A DNA stretch of 64,000 bases from Schizochytrium sp. TIO01. Its lineage: Eukaryota > Protista > Bigyra: Labyrinthulomycetes. The position numbers and the translations under genes were made by a program. Location: assembly GCA_004764695.1 (NCBI GenBank), contig SMSO01000025.1, positions 5,558,862-5,622,861 of the forward strand, written 5' to 3'. The first letter of the stretch is position 1. Every line of letters begins with the position of its first letter. The notes below the pieces were generated by a model that worked only from the letters and a program-made list of their open reading frames with translations, had not been told where the DNA came from and did not search any database. Shown one piece after another: positions 1-11,530 of this stretch.

Positions 1-1189
1 ACTTTGATTTTTATTCAATGAAGAATTGCGAGCACTGGCCAGCGCTTTGGCGAACCTATCTCTAGAGATTTTGAATCAAAGGGGAGGGAGGAATGCTGGA
101 AGGACCGAATGTAGACGTCACACTGTATCATGAACAACTAATAAATTGTGGCATATGCAGCAAGGTTTTGAACAGACTTATACAAATGCTGAAGGGGGTC
201 GCACGTGCAGAAAACGAAATTATTCACCATATTACTTTTTATTTCCGCATGTATGCATTGATTCATTACCTTCAATATATTTATGCAAACTCGCCTCTAT
301 TGATTTACAAAGAATGTTGCTGGCATGCCATGCATGCATACATACATATATGCCGCGGCTCTCTTGCAAAGTGTTCTCCCTCCTCTTTCTGCTTCTGAGA
401 AAGAGCACCTGCCGACCTAGGCATTGAAGCCTCCTTGTGCGAAACCTGGAGAGCCTGTTTGTTTGCACGTCCATCCTCAGCTAGAAATTTTGCAACGTCT
501 CTTGCTCCACGTTTGGTCGCGAGTAGAACGCCTCGAACCAGCCATTGCACCTGCAACAAATATCAGCAGCCGTCAAGAAGAGTGAAGTCGCCCGCCTGTC
601 TCTACCTGCAGACCAAAAGGACCGGGCATCTCAGGAGGAGGAGGGGCGGAAGCCTTCCCTCCTTCCCTCCTTCCTCCCTTCCTTCCTTCCTTTCGCCACT
701 TCCATGGTGCGATGAATGGATCAATCATCGATGATCAACACCGCCACAACTAACTTCAACAATATAAAAATAGGTACGGCTACCTTGTGCACTCTCTAGA
801 GTAGGGGTTCCCAAGTCGCAGACGTCTCCCCTAGGAGCGCAGAGTGCCACCCGAGGCCCCAACAAAGACTCAAGCGAGGTTCCCGAGCTCGAAACCTCCT
901 TCGCCGCAGCTTCGAATCAACCCCGGCGAGTCTGAACGGCGTAGATTGGTTGTGGAATGTAGCACCAGAGAGCCGAGGAAGCCAACCATTCGTTCCCTTC
1001 CTCGTGGACCCTCAAGTCCTCGCTCTTGAGGCCGATGCCTGAGTCCTCAACGCATTGGCGATAACGAAGACCTCCTCAGCCATGGCTACCGCGCTACTCT
1101 CTACCAGCATCGCGGGAGAACGAACCGCGTCGAAAACGTCGCAGCGGTCGACAGAAGGAACGCCGAGCAGATCAGATCGGGCTGGAGGC

Positions 1190-1220
<31 letters not shown>

Positions 1221-2687
1221 CGCTCTTCTTGCGCAAGCCGAACCGCGAGGTCGAGCTGCATCATCAGCCTGCATGGAAGCGTCCCTGGCCATGGAAGACT
1301 TCTTCGATGTCGAACGGAGAATGAGGAGGTGCGGCGAGAGGCACGCGGAAGCGGGGAGGGGACGAGAGCAGGAGCGAGGCTCCTGAGGAGAAACAGGAGC
1401 AGAGTCAGATGCTCCAGGCCCGGGACCCGAACTGCAGCGCCAAGACTCCCGAGGAGAGGCGGTTTGAGAGCGAAGAAGGAAAGTTGAGAACGCTCAGACT
1501 CTGCAACGATGCAGGCCTGAGTCCACCTACTACCACCCACTGCAGGGCAGGAGGAGAGCGCGCAGCAGCGAAAGAGGAAATGGAGAAGCGCACTCAAGCT
1601 GGTACCGTAGGAGGTGAGCATGCGAGGGAGTGCGTCGCGCGGGGAGCGTAGTTTTGGAAACCCATATGGTGTCAATTGTTGCGAAGGCTTTCCATTTCCT
1701 AAAAGGATCCTTTTATTTAGGGTTTTTGAACTTTGAATCACAAACTTTAAGTTACGATTTGTTCAAAGATAGAGAATTTGAAATTTAAAAAACAAAATGT
1801 TTTCGTATGGACTACTTTAACTAGAACCATCAAATCTACTTTGTTTTAAAAATACATTCTAAAAAATCACTTTTCAATGTAAAAATTAAAAGAAGAACGC
1901 AACGCACACTCTTTTTCACTGTAACTAGATATGATATTATAGATAGAATCATGCGATGGAATGAAAATTAACAAGAAAGGGCGAGCCACCTATAAATCCT
2001 GAATTGCCATGGTACTAATTTTATAGAATAAAAAAGAGAAAAGAAAAGAAAAGGATGATGAAACTCAAGCCAAACAATCAAATGTACTCCGTACATGTAA
2101 CTATATGTTTGATCATGGCTTAAACGCTTCAATTTTTCAAGTCTTTAGTTCATCATCGTTTCCATAGGAGAAGTACAGTTATAAAACTTCGAAACAAGTA
2201 ACTTGTCTCTGTCCTTCTAAAACTCGTTGCTTAGCGAGTCGTATGATATGAGGCAAAGGTTAATAGAACCAATCATTCACAACAAAGAAATAAAGAAATA
2301 ACAGAACACATTCTGCCTGGAGGAAAGGAAATGGAGGAAACAACAGATTAAGTTTGTGGCGATGGCGCGAAATTTATCCCAGCTTTGGTTGCTCTGTGGA
2401 CAACATCACCGTTGAAGGATAGAAAACGGAAACCAAGCATCTAAAAGGTTTTAGAACACACAAAAATTCTGTTGATCAGTAGACAGTGACAATCACATCG
2501 TTCAATGAAAAGGAACACTGTAATGGCTAAAGTTCTGGTGACCTACTTTCAGGAGCCATTATCAAAATCATAGGTACCATGTACAAACAAACAAAACAAA
2601 CAAATAACAAACTAGAATTGGTTCTTTTAAATGAAAGTAGCTCATAAGCTACCGGAGACTTGTTCGTCTCTGTTGCTAACAGAATGT

Positions 2688-4958
2688 TTAGACAAGCTCG
2701 TTGCTCTCTGCATGTGACTCTGTATTGTTGACCCTTGACAAAGTTCGGAAATCGTGCGCAGAATCAATGTTAAATATGCACGCAAGATCGTCAAACTCTT
2801 CTTCGCGGAGGGAGTCGCTACGAGACCTCTCGCTGTTCTGCAGGTCGATAAATTTCACATTGCTAGCACTATCCACAACAATATTGCGCAACGCCACGTC
2901 TCCATGAATGAAGCCAGCCGCATGAATCTTCTCCAGACACAAAGCAGCCTTCCAGTAAAGTTTCCGCACGCCACCGTGCTCTTTGCGTTTACGTGGCTGC
3001 ATCTCACTCATTGATGTACCACACTGCTCTGTCGCAAAGACTGCCAAGTTGAGCATCTCATCGATACCACAAGCTGTAACCCGCGGAATGGCGTCACCCT
3101 GCAGCATGTGCAGTGCTGCGTAGACTTCACCTTCACCCTCAAGTGTATATCTAGCATCATGCGGTGCGTAAGTCGTCTTAACGAAGCTAGAGACGCCGTT
3201 AATCATGATATCTGGATATGCCATGGCTTCATCCTCCAATATAGTTCGCATATTGGAAGTCTCCATGTTAGGTCCCAATCGAAATACAGCCTTAACCGTA
3301 GGATCTCTCGGTGCTCCATGATTTCTAGATTCGCTTGTCCCATTGGAGTTGCCATCCTCCCCTGTACCGCTAGCACTGGCACTATATTGGGGAGGATCTT
3401 CTCTTATATCTGTTGTGACCTCGATTTCGCCATGTATAATCTTATTGATGCGAATATCTGTTAGTGGGCTCGAGTCCCTTAGCCAATCAAAGTCTTTGAA
3501 ACGAGACACTTGGTGATCTTTGAGCGCATGGTAGAGAAAGACGAGCCACGCTTGGCCAAGAGACCAGTTGCCTGGATTTGTATGACCTATACCATCGTCT
3601 CTATTTGAGTAGAAAGCTTCGCTCACTTCGACAGTCCGTGGGTTTCTATGTCGACGAAAAAAGTATGTCTTTAAACCATTCGTCAATGCACCGAATTTGT
3701 TATCTTTGGACATCATGTAAAGACACAGCTCGGCAATGGGACTTTCCACGACACGTTGGTCATCGTCTTTGGAACCCTGCGCAGCGGAAGACTGAATAGA
3801 GCCTGGTACAGCATTTTGAATTGCTGTTTCGAATTTCTTGAATCTATCAGGGTTTGCCTCTCTGGCAACTTCTTGGTTGTTGGGTGCCCACTTCTTACTG
3901 TAATATTCATCAATCAGTTTAATAGGATCGTCATCAAACGTTGCAGGTGTCTTACACTCGACGACGGTCATGAATGCATCTTTTTTTAGCTTGATTCGTG
4001 CCTCTTGCAGACTTTCGAGCTCTGCTCTTTTGGTATCTGTCAATCCAGACTCGCCTGAACAGGTCTTGCATAATTCTTCGATTCTATTAAAGAGTTCACA
4101 ATCCTCGGCCCCATCCATGACAATGATTTGTACATCGGCGTTTCGATGGAAAGTAAACCCTGTAAAATTGATGAACGTTTCCCATTTTGTATCGATAATA
4201 TTCGCTGGTTTCGCTGTTACAACATTCGTTAGAATCTTTTGCGTCTGAAGTTCTGTAACATATGTCAAAACTTTTAGCAAGTAATTCCGGACTTCTGATA
4301 CTGGGAAACAGTCGTAAGAGTGAAATGGTGGATTATAACAATCATTAAGAAACATTTCCCTCTTTTCTGAAAATAGTTCAACTGCAGCTTTAGAATCTGC
4401 TTCCCCACACATATCCCACCTTTCTGCGTAGAGTGGCATGAAGTAGTCCGGTACTTCTAAAGTTTCTTTCGTGAAACTTTGCGACGAAGAAAACTTTGTA
4501 CGCTTGGGTTCCCCGCCTTCTGCAGAACCTTCGGCAGCAGACTGGCTCATAGCCGCCCGCTTTGATCCACTATTGTGTAATTCAGGATCTGTATTTTCTC
4601 TGTTAGGCTCTTCGCCATGTCTCCGATTTTGAGATGACCGTGAAAAAGTGCGCCAGACCTTTGGTGGATCTGGAGCGAAGTGATTCCAGATGGTTGCTGT
4701 TCTTTCGAAATCCATAATATGATTCAATAGTTCTCTTCCAAGCTTTCTGTTTTCATGTAAACTTTTTCCCCGGAAGGAGACGACCTGCTCTCATTAACTT
4801 GGAAATGCATTATAAAGCTCTCCCCTAACCTCGGCGTTTTTAGAGACCTTTACCATACGTTTGTCGTCGTAAACGAGAGCGATGAGCTGCTCTGGAGTCA
4901 TTGCACTTACAGCTTCAACTGTGAGTGAAGCAGCACTGGAAGACGAAGAGGGCATCAT
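2688..4958 (-). CDS. Crinkler (CRN)-like protein: PD-(D/E)xK restriction-endonuclease-like domain + C-terminal atypical kinase; N-terminus interrupted by in-frame TAA-TGA (intron or pseudogene)
   Basis: The 679-aa ORF (2688..4727) carries REase-like motifs NADVQII...VVECKTP...IAELCLYMM...FGALTNGLKTYFFRR. Kinase motifs are FVK, EGEVYAALHMLQGDAIP, IHAAGFIHGDVALRN and KFIDL. The same frame continues upstream to ATG 4958 except for stops at 4791-4796. Confidence 0.75.
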
Positions 4959-5256
4959 GGCTCTTACTGCTGGTATGAGAGCAGATACAGCGTAGCGGAT
5001 TGCTGATTGCCCGTCTCCTCTAGCAGCACTACTGTTCCGTCTTTGGTTATCGTGTTGATTCTGCCTTAGGTAAAGTGTTTCGAGTTTGCTTTTTTTTTTT
5101 TTTAAAGGAGTGGCGAGAACTAAAAAAACAATATATGGTACTTGATTGTTGGCTTTGTTGAAGTGAAGTTATGTAGAAGATTGATAACTCGCTTTAGCCA
5201 ACATAACTTAAGCAGCACTAGGCCTACTATTTGCAAAAAGGTCAAACAGGTGTCTT

Positions 5257-5367
5257 TACACCTATTGAAAAGGGTACTCCTATTGAAAAGTGTACACCTA
5301 TTAAAAAGGGTACACCTACGTAAAGGGTACACCTATTGAAAAGGGTACACCTATTGAAAAGGGTACC
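5257..5367. repeat. 18-bp tandem minisatellite (TACACCTATTGAAAAGGG), 6 copies
   Basis: Units start at 5257, 5275, 5293, 5311 (17 bp), 5328 and 5346, with few substitutions. Confidence 0.95.
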
Positions 5368-6810
5368 TGAGTATATAACAGCGGGCACTATTAGTATGTT
5401 AATAGAAAGAAACCTAGAATACGCTCTCAAAGCACGACAACTTCAATACTCAAGTTACACCGCGACAAGGAAGAAAGCCATCAAATAGCGTTGTAAGCTT
5501 TGAAAAGAGGGTAAATTTTGTATAGGAATGGAATTGTTTATTCATTCCACAAATATATGTTTTATTCTACTAGCTAGAATTTCAAGGGAGACAATCTATT
5601 TGAGATGAGGTTGGTGTGAGAATTCGGCAAGCACTTTACGAATTTTGGAAAATGTGGTGACAGCTATCTATGCTCGCAGATAGCTATACTTCACATAATG
5701 AAGCCAAGCAGCCTTCAGATTTCCTTGGTAGGGTGCGTTGAAAAGTTGGACAAGGTCAGGTTTTGCATCAGAATACAGCTGGAAATCCTTCAAAAGAAAG
5801 GATAACGCTGAAAATGAGTATAAAGGCAGGTTCCAAATTCTAGAAAATAGATTTAGTAATTTACATTGAATTGCTCATTTAAACAATTAATATTCTTTCT
5901 TTTAGAGTCTCAATAGTACTGACTGCTTTCAACTATAAGATAGAGAAATCAGTTAGCTCTTTGCTCCCAAACTATTTCTTCACTACATCGTGACATGGGT
6001 TTGCCCTGCTAAAAATTACGAACGGCATTCCTAGACACAATCGAGAGAACGATGTAGCTTCCGTATAAAATATTTTCTTTTTATACAGTGAAGAATAGTT
6101 TGTCTTCGGAGATGCTTAGAAGGAAATGAAGAGTCCTAATCAAAGTGAGCGGAAAAAAGAAAAGAAAAAAAGAAAAACAAGAAAGAAGAGAAAATAACAG
6201 AGATTACAGACCTTCAAAGCAAAGGTTCTGTATGGTTTTAGTGAAGGAATGTGCTAAAATATAGTTTTCAAGACTGTTCCGCTGCTTTCAAAGCTTGCAT
6301 CGAACGAGAATATCGAGAACTGCAATAGCGAGCAGCAGCCTGCGGCGCGAAGCCGATTTATTAAGAAACACTGATAATTAAGCGATAATAACACATTGCT
6401 TAAATAACAGACGAGCTCCAGAACATATTATTTTCGTCAGCACAATTTCTGCAACAGCCAAACGCTTGAGGAGAATATGATGAATCAGAGAAACAATAAG
6501 CTTTCTGACTAACTTGCTTTTGAGAAAAGAAAAAGAAAAAAGTGGAGCATTAAGAAAAGGTGTAAACATGCTGCTCTGGATGAAACCAAAGTCAAAAGCC
6601 AAAAGCATGCAGACGCCGTGTCGAAAGAAAGATACGAACACAGGCATATGCTCGTTACGCTTTAACCTATCCATCTCTTTCGTCAAGCAAATTGAAATTT
6701 AATTTGCCGAAAAAGTGCAGTAGAATGGTTTTGCATGGTACGATCAGTGACCAATGTTTGTTTGCAATCCTGAGGGAAATTTGTTTTGTTGAGGGCGCAG
6801 TGCTAGACCT

Positions 6811-7830
6811 CTACTTGCGACGAGACGCACGAGAGTACTCCGTAAATTCATCGTCATCCCTCCTTGAGCCCGATAGAGATGGCTGGATGGAGAACTGCCC
6901 GGAAGGCGAGCGCTGCACTGAAAAACGATCTGACGAGTTTATCGTGCTCGAAGAACCCGAGTAAGTTACCACAGGTTGAGCGTATACAGATGTCGGCGAG
7001 CCCATGCTATCTCGTACGACAGTTGCTTCAGGGATGATAGCGGGGCGCAGTAGCAAAAGTACCAATCCACAAATGACGATTAAAACTTGTACAATACCCA
7101 CACCAATCGCACCATAGCCAAAGAAACGGATGTTCGCGAGAAGCCAGCCTGTGACCGCATCAAAAAAGTCCTCAGAAGATCCTCCTCCACAAGTGACGTC
7201 GTTTCCACTTTCGACGGTCCCGACCAGAACTTCTCCTTCATAGTGAATTTCTTCAAAGGCAGTGCATACACCGATATCTACGGCGTTAAACGAATCAGCA
7301 TTCACGCAGTCCTCCCCATCAGCGACGTTGCTGCAGAGCTGTGCCGGAGTGCAAACAGTCGTGTAGTTCACATAGCAATACTCAGTTTCCATGCAGCAAG
7401 TTTGGTAGGAATTATAAATGAAATTATTGATAGCAATCTCTGTTGACCCAGATAACTCGCTCGAGTCTGTAGTTTGCGTGGCCTTGATTACATTTAGGTA
7501 ATCGAGGAAAAGTACTGAAGCAGCAACCTCCACAGCAAGGATGGCCACTACAACAATCAGGTACGTCATGAGCACCCATTTCTTTCCTGTAAAGGCACCG
7601 TATACACCAAACATCGTAATGGCAAAGAGCAAAAAGCCAGCTACCATCACGCCGATGATTGGTCCAGGTGATACAACATTTTCAAACCGGTTGTCATATT
7701 CAATATACAGGTATGCTCCACCAGCGCACAGAAGCAACCCCAATACTGCGGATAACAGGTTAATGCCAATAAGAAACCCTCGGCCAATGCTCATAAACAG
7801 CGTCTCCTCCTCAGCAAGACTCATAGTCAT
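6811..7830 (-). CDS. Tetraspanin-family membrane protein
   Basis: Four TM helices in tetraspanin arrangement, with the TM2/TM3 motif FGVYGAFTGKKWVLMTY and a TM3 Glu (ILAVEVA). The large extracellular loop has QTCC plus 6 more Cys. The C-tail is Ser-rich. Confidence 0.85.
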   Translation of the reverse strand: MTMSLAEEETLFMSIGRGFLIGINLLSAVLGLLLCAGGAYLYIEYDNRFENVVSPGPIIGVMVAGFLLFAITMFGVYGAFTGKKWVLMTYLIVVVAILAVEVAASVLFLDYLNVIKATQTTDSSELSGSTEIAINNFIYNSYQTCCMETEYCYVNYTTVCTPAQLCSNVADGEDCVNADSFNAVDIGVCTAFEEIHYEGEVLVGTVESGNDVTCGGGSSEDFFDAVTGWLLANIRFFGYGAIGVGIVQVLIVICGLVLLLLRPAIIPEATVVRDSMGSPTSVYAQPVVTYSGSSSTINSSDRFSVQRSPSGQFSIQPSLSGSRRDDDEFTEYSRASRRK

Positions 7831-9677
7831 GGCACTTGTGCTTGGGAGTATCTGGATGCTATAATTGAAGGTCTGTAGAGATTTCAGATCCCTTGTCTAC
7901 CTTTATTCTGCATACACTATAAAAGAAGATGCTAAGGCTGATTCCTGCTAGAATGCTCAATCTTCTGCAGGGAACAGTGGAAATAAGTTGCGCCTCACTG
8001 CTTCTTGGCTTCGCGACCACACCCGTACAAAGCCAAGGCCAAGGCCGAAACTCAAACAAAGCAAGTCTTTAATGCAGTTGGTTGGGACTGCCTAGAGAGT
8101 TTGAGCAATCAAGGCCTGTGAGTTAGCACAAAGCTATAAGTTACGGTCAAGCCGCTCCAACGATGAAAACCACACAGAAACTTCACGAAAAACAGAAGCC
8201 CAAAGGCCGTGCCTGACACAAGAATGGGTTTGGACGCACCTTGAGATGATGATTGAGTGCCTCTGTACTGGCGATTATATGCGATTGCAGGACACGTGCA
8301 AACACTCCGAAAGAGTGAATATAATCCTAAAATACACCCCTTTATCCATCTCCGCATACACACGTACTAGGATCCATCATGGAGCTGGTACAGGGTGTGT
8401 ACAAAGAGGGGCTTCGAAATAAGTTTATGCCTGCCACGCACGTGTCGAAAGAAAAGCCCTTTCCTAGGAGTAACCATGATGTTTGACACGTACCTACTTA
8501 CTATCGAAGGTACCTACAATACTTTTGGGAGGCGGTGATGCTGCGTCTCCTCGAGCAATTGACAATATAGTTAACAGTTTTGTTTCAGAAACCGTGAGTA
8601 TCTATGTCGAGAAACTCATCCTTCGCTTCTTTTAGTCACTTGCTTGAATGCACCCAAGCAACCAAGCGAGCAACCAAAAGTCTACATAGAGGTATTACTT
8701 TAATTATTTTCTTTTCCCGTGAAGTACCTACCATATAAGCAATAGTAAGTAATCCGATCAGAAGGAATGTATGTACCTGTGCTGAGCTTTTGCAGACATG
8801 AAGGTTACAGCTGCTATAGACCAGCTCGCCCATCGAGCCTAGTCAATTTCGAATAGCAGCTTCACTAAAGCTAGGTTCCAGGTACTGCGACTTCAAGAAG
8901 GTCTCAAACGAGCTTTGTTTCTAACTCCTGCTATATAACAGTAATAACACCAGCATCAATCAATTAAAATTGATGGCAGCGCAGAGAATAAATACCAATT
9001 CAGTGGAGTATCTTGTTGGTCAATACGTTAAATAGGAGTCTCTCCAACTCCATGAGCAACCTAGTACTACCTGCAGATTGTCTTGAATGAAATGTAGACA
9101 CAAGCAAAGTTGCACAGAGTTCTTCATAAAGGTCCAATTCACCCACCGAATAGACATATAATCTTGCTGGTGAAAGCTGGCCACATATGTATATTTAGAA
9201 AGGGATCAGGCTGCTGCTGACGATCGTCAGCAGGAGTTGAATATAGGTCCCACCCCATCATGCTCCTGAAGTCAGACGAGTCAATTCATCTGTCACATTA
9301 TTTTCGCCTTGGAACCTGAGAAAAAAGCTCAAGCGAAACCAAGGTTACAATAGGATGGCGAGGAATGACCTCTGGGTAATAATCAGCGCGTGGTGTCAAT
9401 ATCGATATTATGTGCCACATGATAATTATATGGGTTACTCATCAATTCATGCAAAAGGAATCTAGCGAAGTGTTCTAGTGGTAGTTCTGTGCTAGGGGTA
9501 AACTAGTAAGACTCTGGGTATTGTAATTCCAATTCTAAAGGACATCGTGAGTACTGCACAGCACTGCGCTGTGCTCTGCCGCCACTGGACCGAGGTAGAA
9601 CCTAAACTACAATTATTTGGTGGCAAAGCACTGGTGCTGAAGTCGGCCTGCATTGTGTGCACGAGGCGTGCGGAAAC

Positions 9678-11096
9678 ATGGCGAGCCAGATGCTGCTGTT
9701 AGCGCTATGCTTCTCTGTGGCGCTTAACGCGGTTCTGCTGGGGAGCAAACTTGGCTCTGCGGCACATAGCAGGGTTCAACAGGCGAGCGAAACACAAGAG
9801 GGATTCATGGACAGAATCACAAACAGGTTTCTCCTCGCGGACAATGAATTGAAATTGAACAAGACAGCAAAAGAAAAGTTCGAAAAGAGCCATGTCAGCA
9901 GACATCTTAGCGCAGATGATGTGTCAGAGGCAGGGTCGGTCTTCTTTTACGAGCAATTGGCGAAAATCGTGAGCAACGACAACGTTCTGCGGAGCTATGG
10001 ATCCATGGAAGCAAAGGAACGGCCCGTAGGCAAACCAGGTCTAGATCTTTTAAGTGTACGATTATCTGAGGAAGAGCTGGAAAGCAAGCAGCTCTCACAG
10101 GACACAATTGAAACCCTTATAGAGCGACTTGATAAACATGGTGTGTTTGTGCTGCCAGAAATTATCAACCAAGAGCTTTGTCGTCGCCTAGCAGAGCTTA
10201 CGCATCAGCAGATCCAGGACCCGGATGAAAACTTTGGCCTTATCAGTCGTGCAGAATGGCGCAAAGACCACCCACTCAAACTCCAAGGCGACGTCCTTAA
10301 TGCCATGCAAACAGTGCTTCAATTGCTTAAACCAGTACTTGAAGGGGCCCTTGGCCCACAGCCGCGACTTCGGGAGCTCTCTACACTGACAGCATACCCA
10401 GGCTCAGCGGCACAACAATTCCACCCGGACACCCTCATGAAACGTCCAGGCGAAAAAGTTACTAAACTTTTTTCTTCTTTCCTTTACCTTGATCACATCG
10501 GCATGGATCAGGCTGCGCTCGATGTCTTTCCTGGAACTCATCGGCATGCATATTTTTTAGGTACTAAAAACCAACTCTGGCTCGACAAGCATGCACCCTT
10601 TTTAAGAGTGGCAGTGCCCCAAGGATCTCTTGTCATGTACGACTCTCGAATTCGTCATCGAGGCTCTGCAAACCTTTCCCCTTTGGTTAGGCCTACTCTC
10701 TACTTTTCGGTGCAAGAAAACTCTAAAGAAGAGGCGGATGGTTCCACCTACTCGATTTATGACGATTATGAAGATTTGACTATCGATGATGTCTTGGCAA
10801 ATCGAATTCCAGAGTTACCCCGATTTTTCAATCTCGATGATCTCTGTTTTCGAAATATGAAGGCTAAGTGCCCTGGCCTTGATCATGAAGATCTATTCAA
10901 ATGCAGCGTCCTTGCTCCTGGACTAGTTGCACAGGAAGGTGATGCTTTTTGGCCGGAGGATATCTCCGGTTTCGATTTGCCAGATCGCTGTATTCTTATC
11001 AGTCGTATTGAAAAGCTCTCCAAAGCACATGTATTCCATCCTACTTTTAAGGCACAGGCATCGTGGGGTCCTCTTCCGAATAGGACCCAACCATGA
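9678..11096 (+). CDS. Phytanoyl-CoA dioxygenase (PhyH)-like Fe(II)/2-oxoglutarate dioxygenase with N-terminal signal/anchor
   Basis: LDKHGVFVLPEII, PGSAAQQFHPD (HxD), LDVFPGTH, GSLVMYDSRIRHRGSAN...R (distal His and 2OG-binding Arg). Hydrophobic N-terminus MASQMLLLALCFSVALNAVLLG. First ATG is at 9678. Confidence 0.88.
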   Translation: MASQMLLLALCFSVALNAVLLGSKLGSAAHSRVQQASETQEGFMDRITNRFLLADNELKLNKTAKEKFEKSHVSRHLSADDVSEAGSVFFYEQLAKIVSNDNVLRSYGSMEAKERPVGKPGLDLLSVRLSEEELESKQLSQDTIETLIERLDKHGVFVLPEIINQELCRRLAELTHQQIQDPDENFGLISRAEWRKDHPLKLQGDVLNAMQTVLQLLKPVLEGALGPQPRLRELSTLTAYPGSAAQQFHPDTLMKRPGEKVTKLFSSFLYLDHIGMDQAALDVFPGTHRHAYFLGTKNQLWLDKHAPFLRVAVPQGSLVMYDSRIRHRGSANLSPLVRPTLYFSVQENSKEEADGSTYSIYDDYEDLTIDDVLANRIPELPRFFNLDDLCFRNMKAKCPGLDHEDLFKCSVLAPGLVAQEGDAFWPEDISGFDLPDRCILISRIEKLSKAHVFHPTFKAQASWGPLPNRTQP

Positions 11097-11530
11097 GAGA
11101 AAAGGTTGATTTTGAGAACCCAAGCTTTAGTCTGCCAAGCGAAACATTGTAAAAGAAAACTAAATGAGTATTGTACATCCAGCATGGGTGGAGTTTGCAC
11201 CTATCACCCTGCTAGTTTATGTTTAAGAAATAATTTTGTGAAGAGGAATGGGCATCAATAACTTTTCAAGCACGGCAACACTAATAAATGTTGTTCTTCG
11301 TAACTCTATTTACAATGTCGACTCCACTATCTGATTGTTAGAGGTAAATTGTAAAAGAAAGGTAGGTTGACATATATGCTGGCATAATAAAGATCTCATG
11401 ATTCGCGATGCAATTGCCTTTTCCTAAAATCTTTCTTTTATAATCTCATTCTTTTCAGTATGGACAGTGCAGATTTAGAAAAGGTCGCCGTATTTACCTT
11501 AGAGCAGTTCATTTGAAAAGCGATTTGCAT

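Noticed and set aside
93-1741. Overlapping short ORFs at the window start
   Set aside because: No recognisable domains; probably UTR, promoter or intron sequence of a neighbouring gene.
9678-11096. Dioxygenase as an ethylene-forming enzyme partnering the ethylene receptor
   Set aside because: The motifs are PhyH-type, not ACC oxidase/EFE-type. It also has a secretory anchor and lies about 21 kb away.
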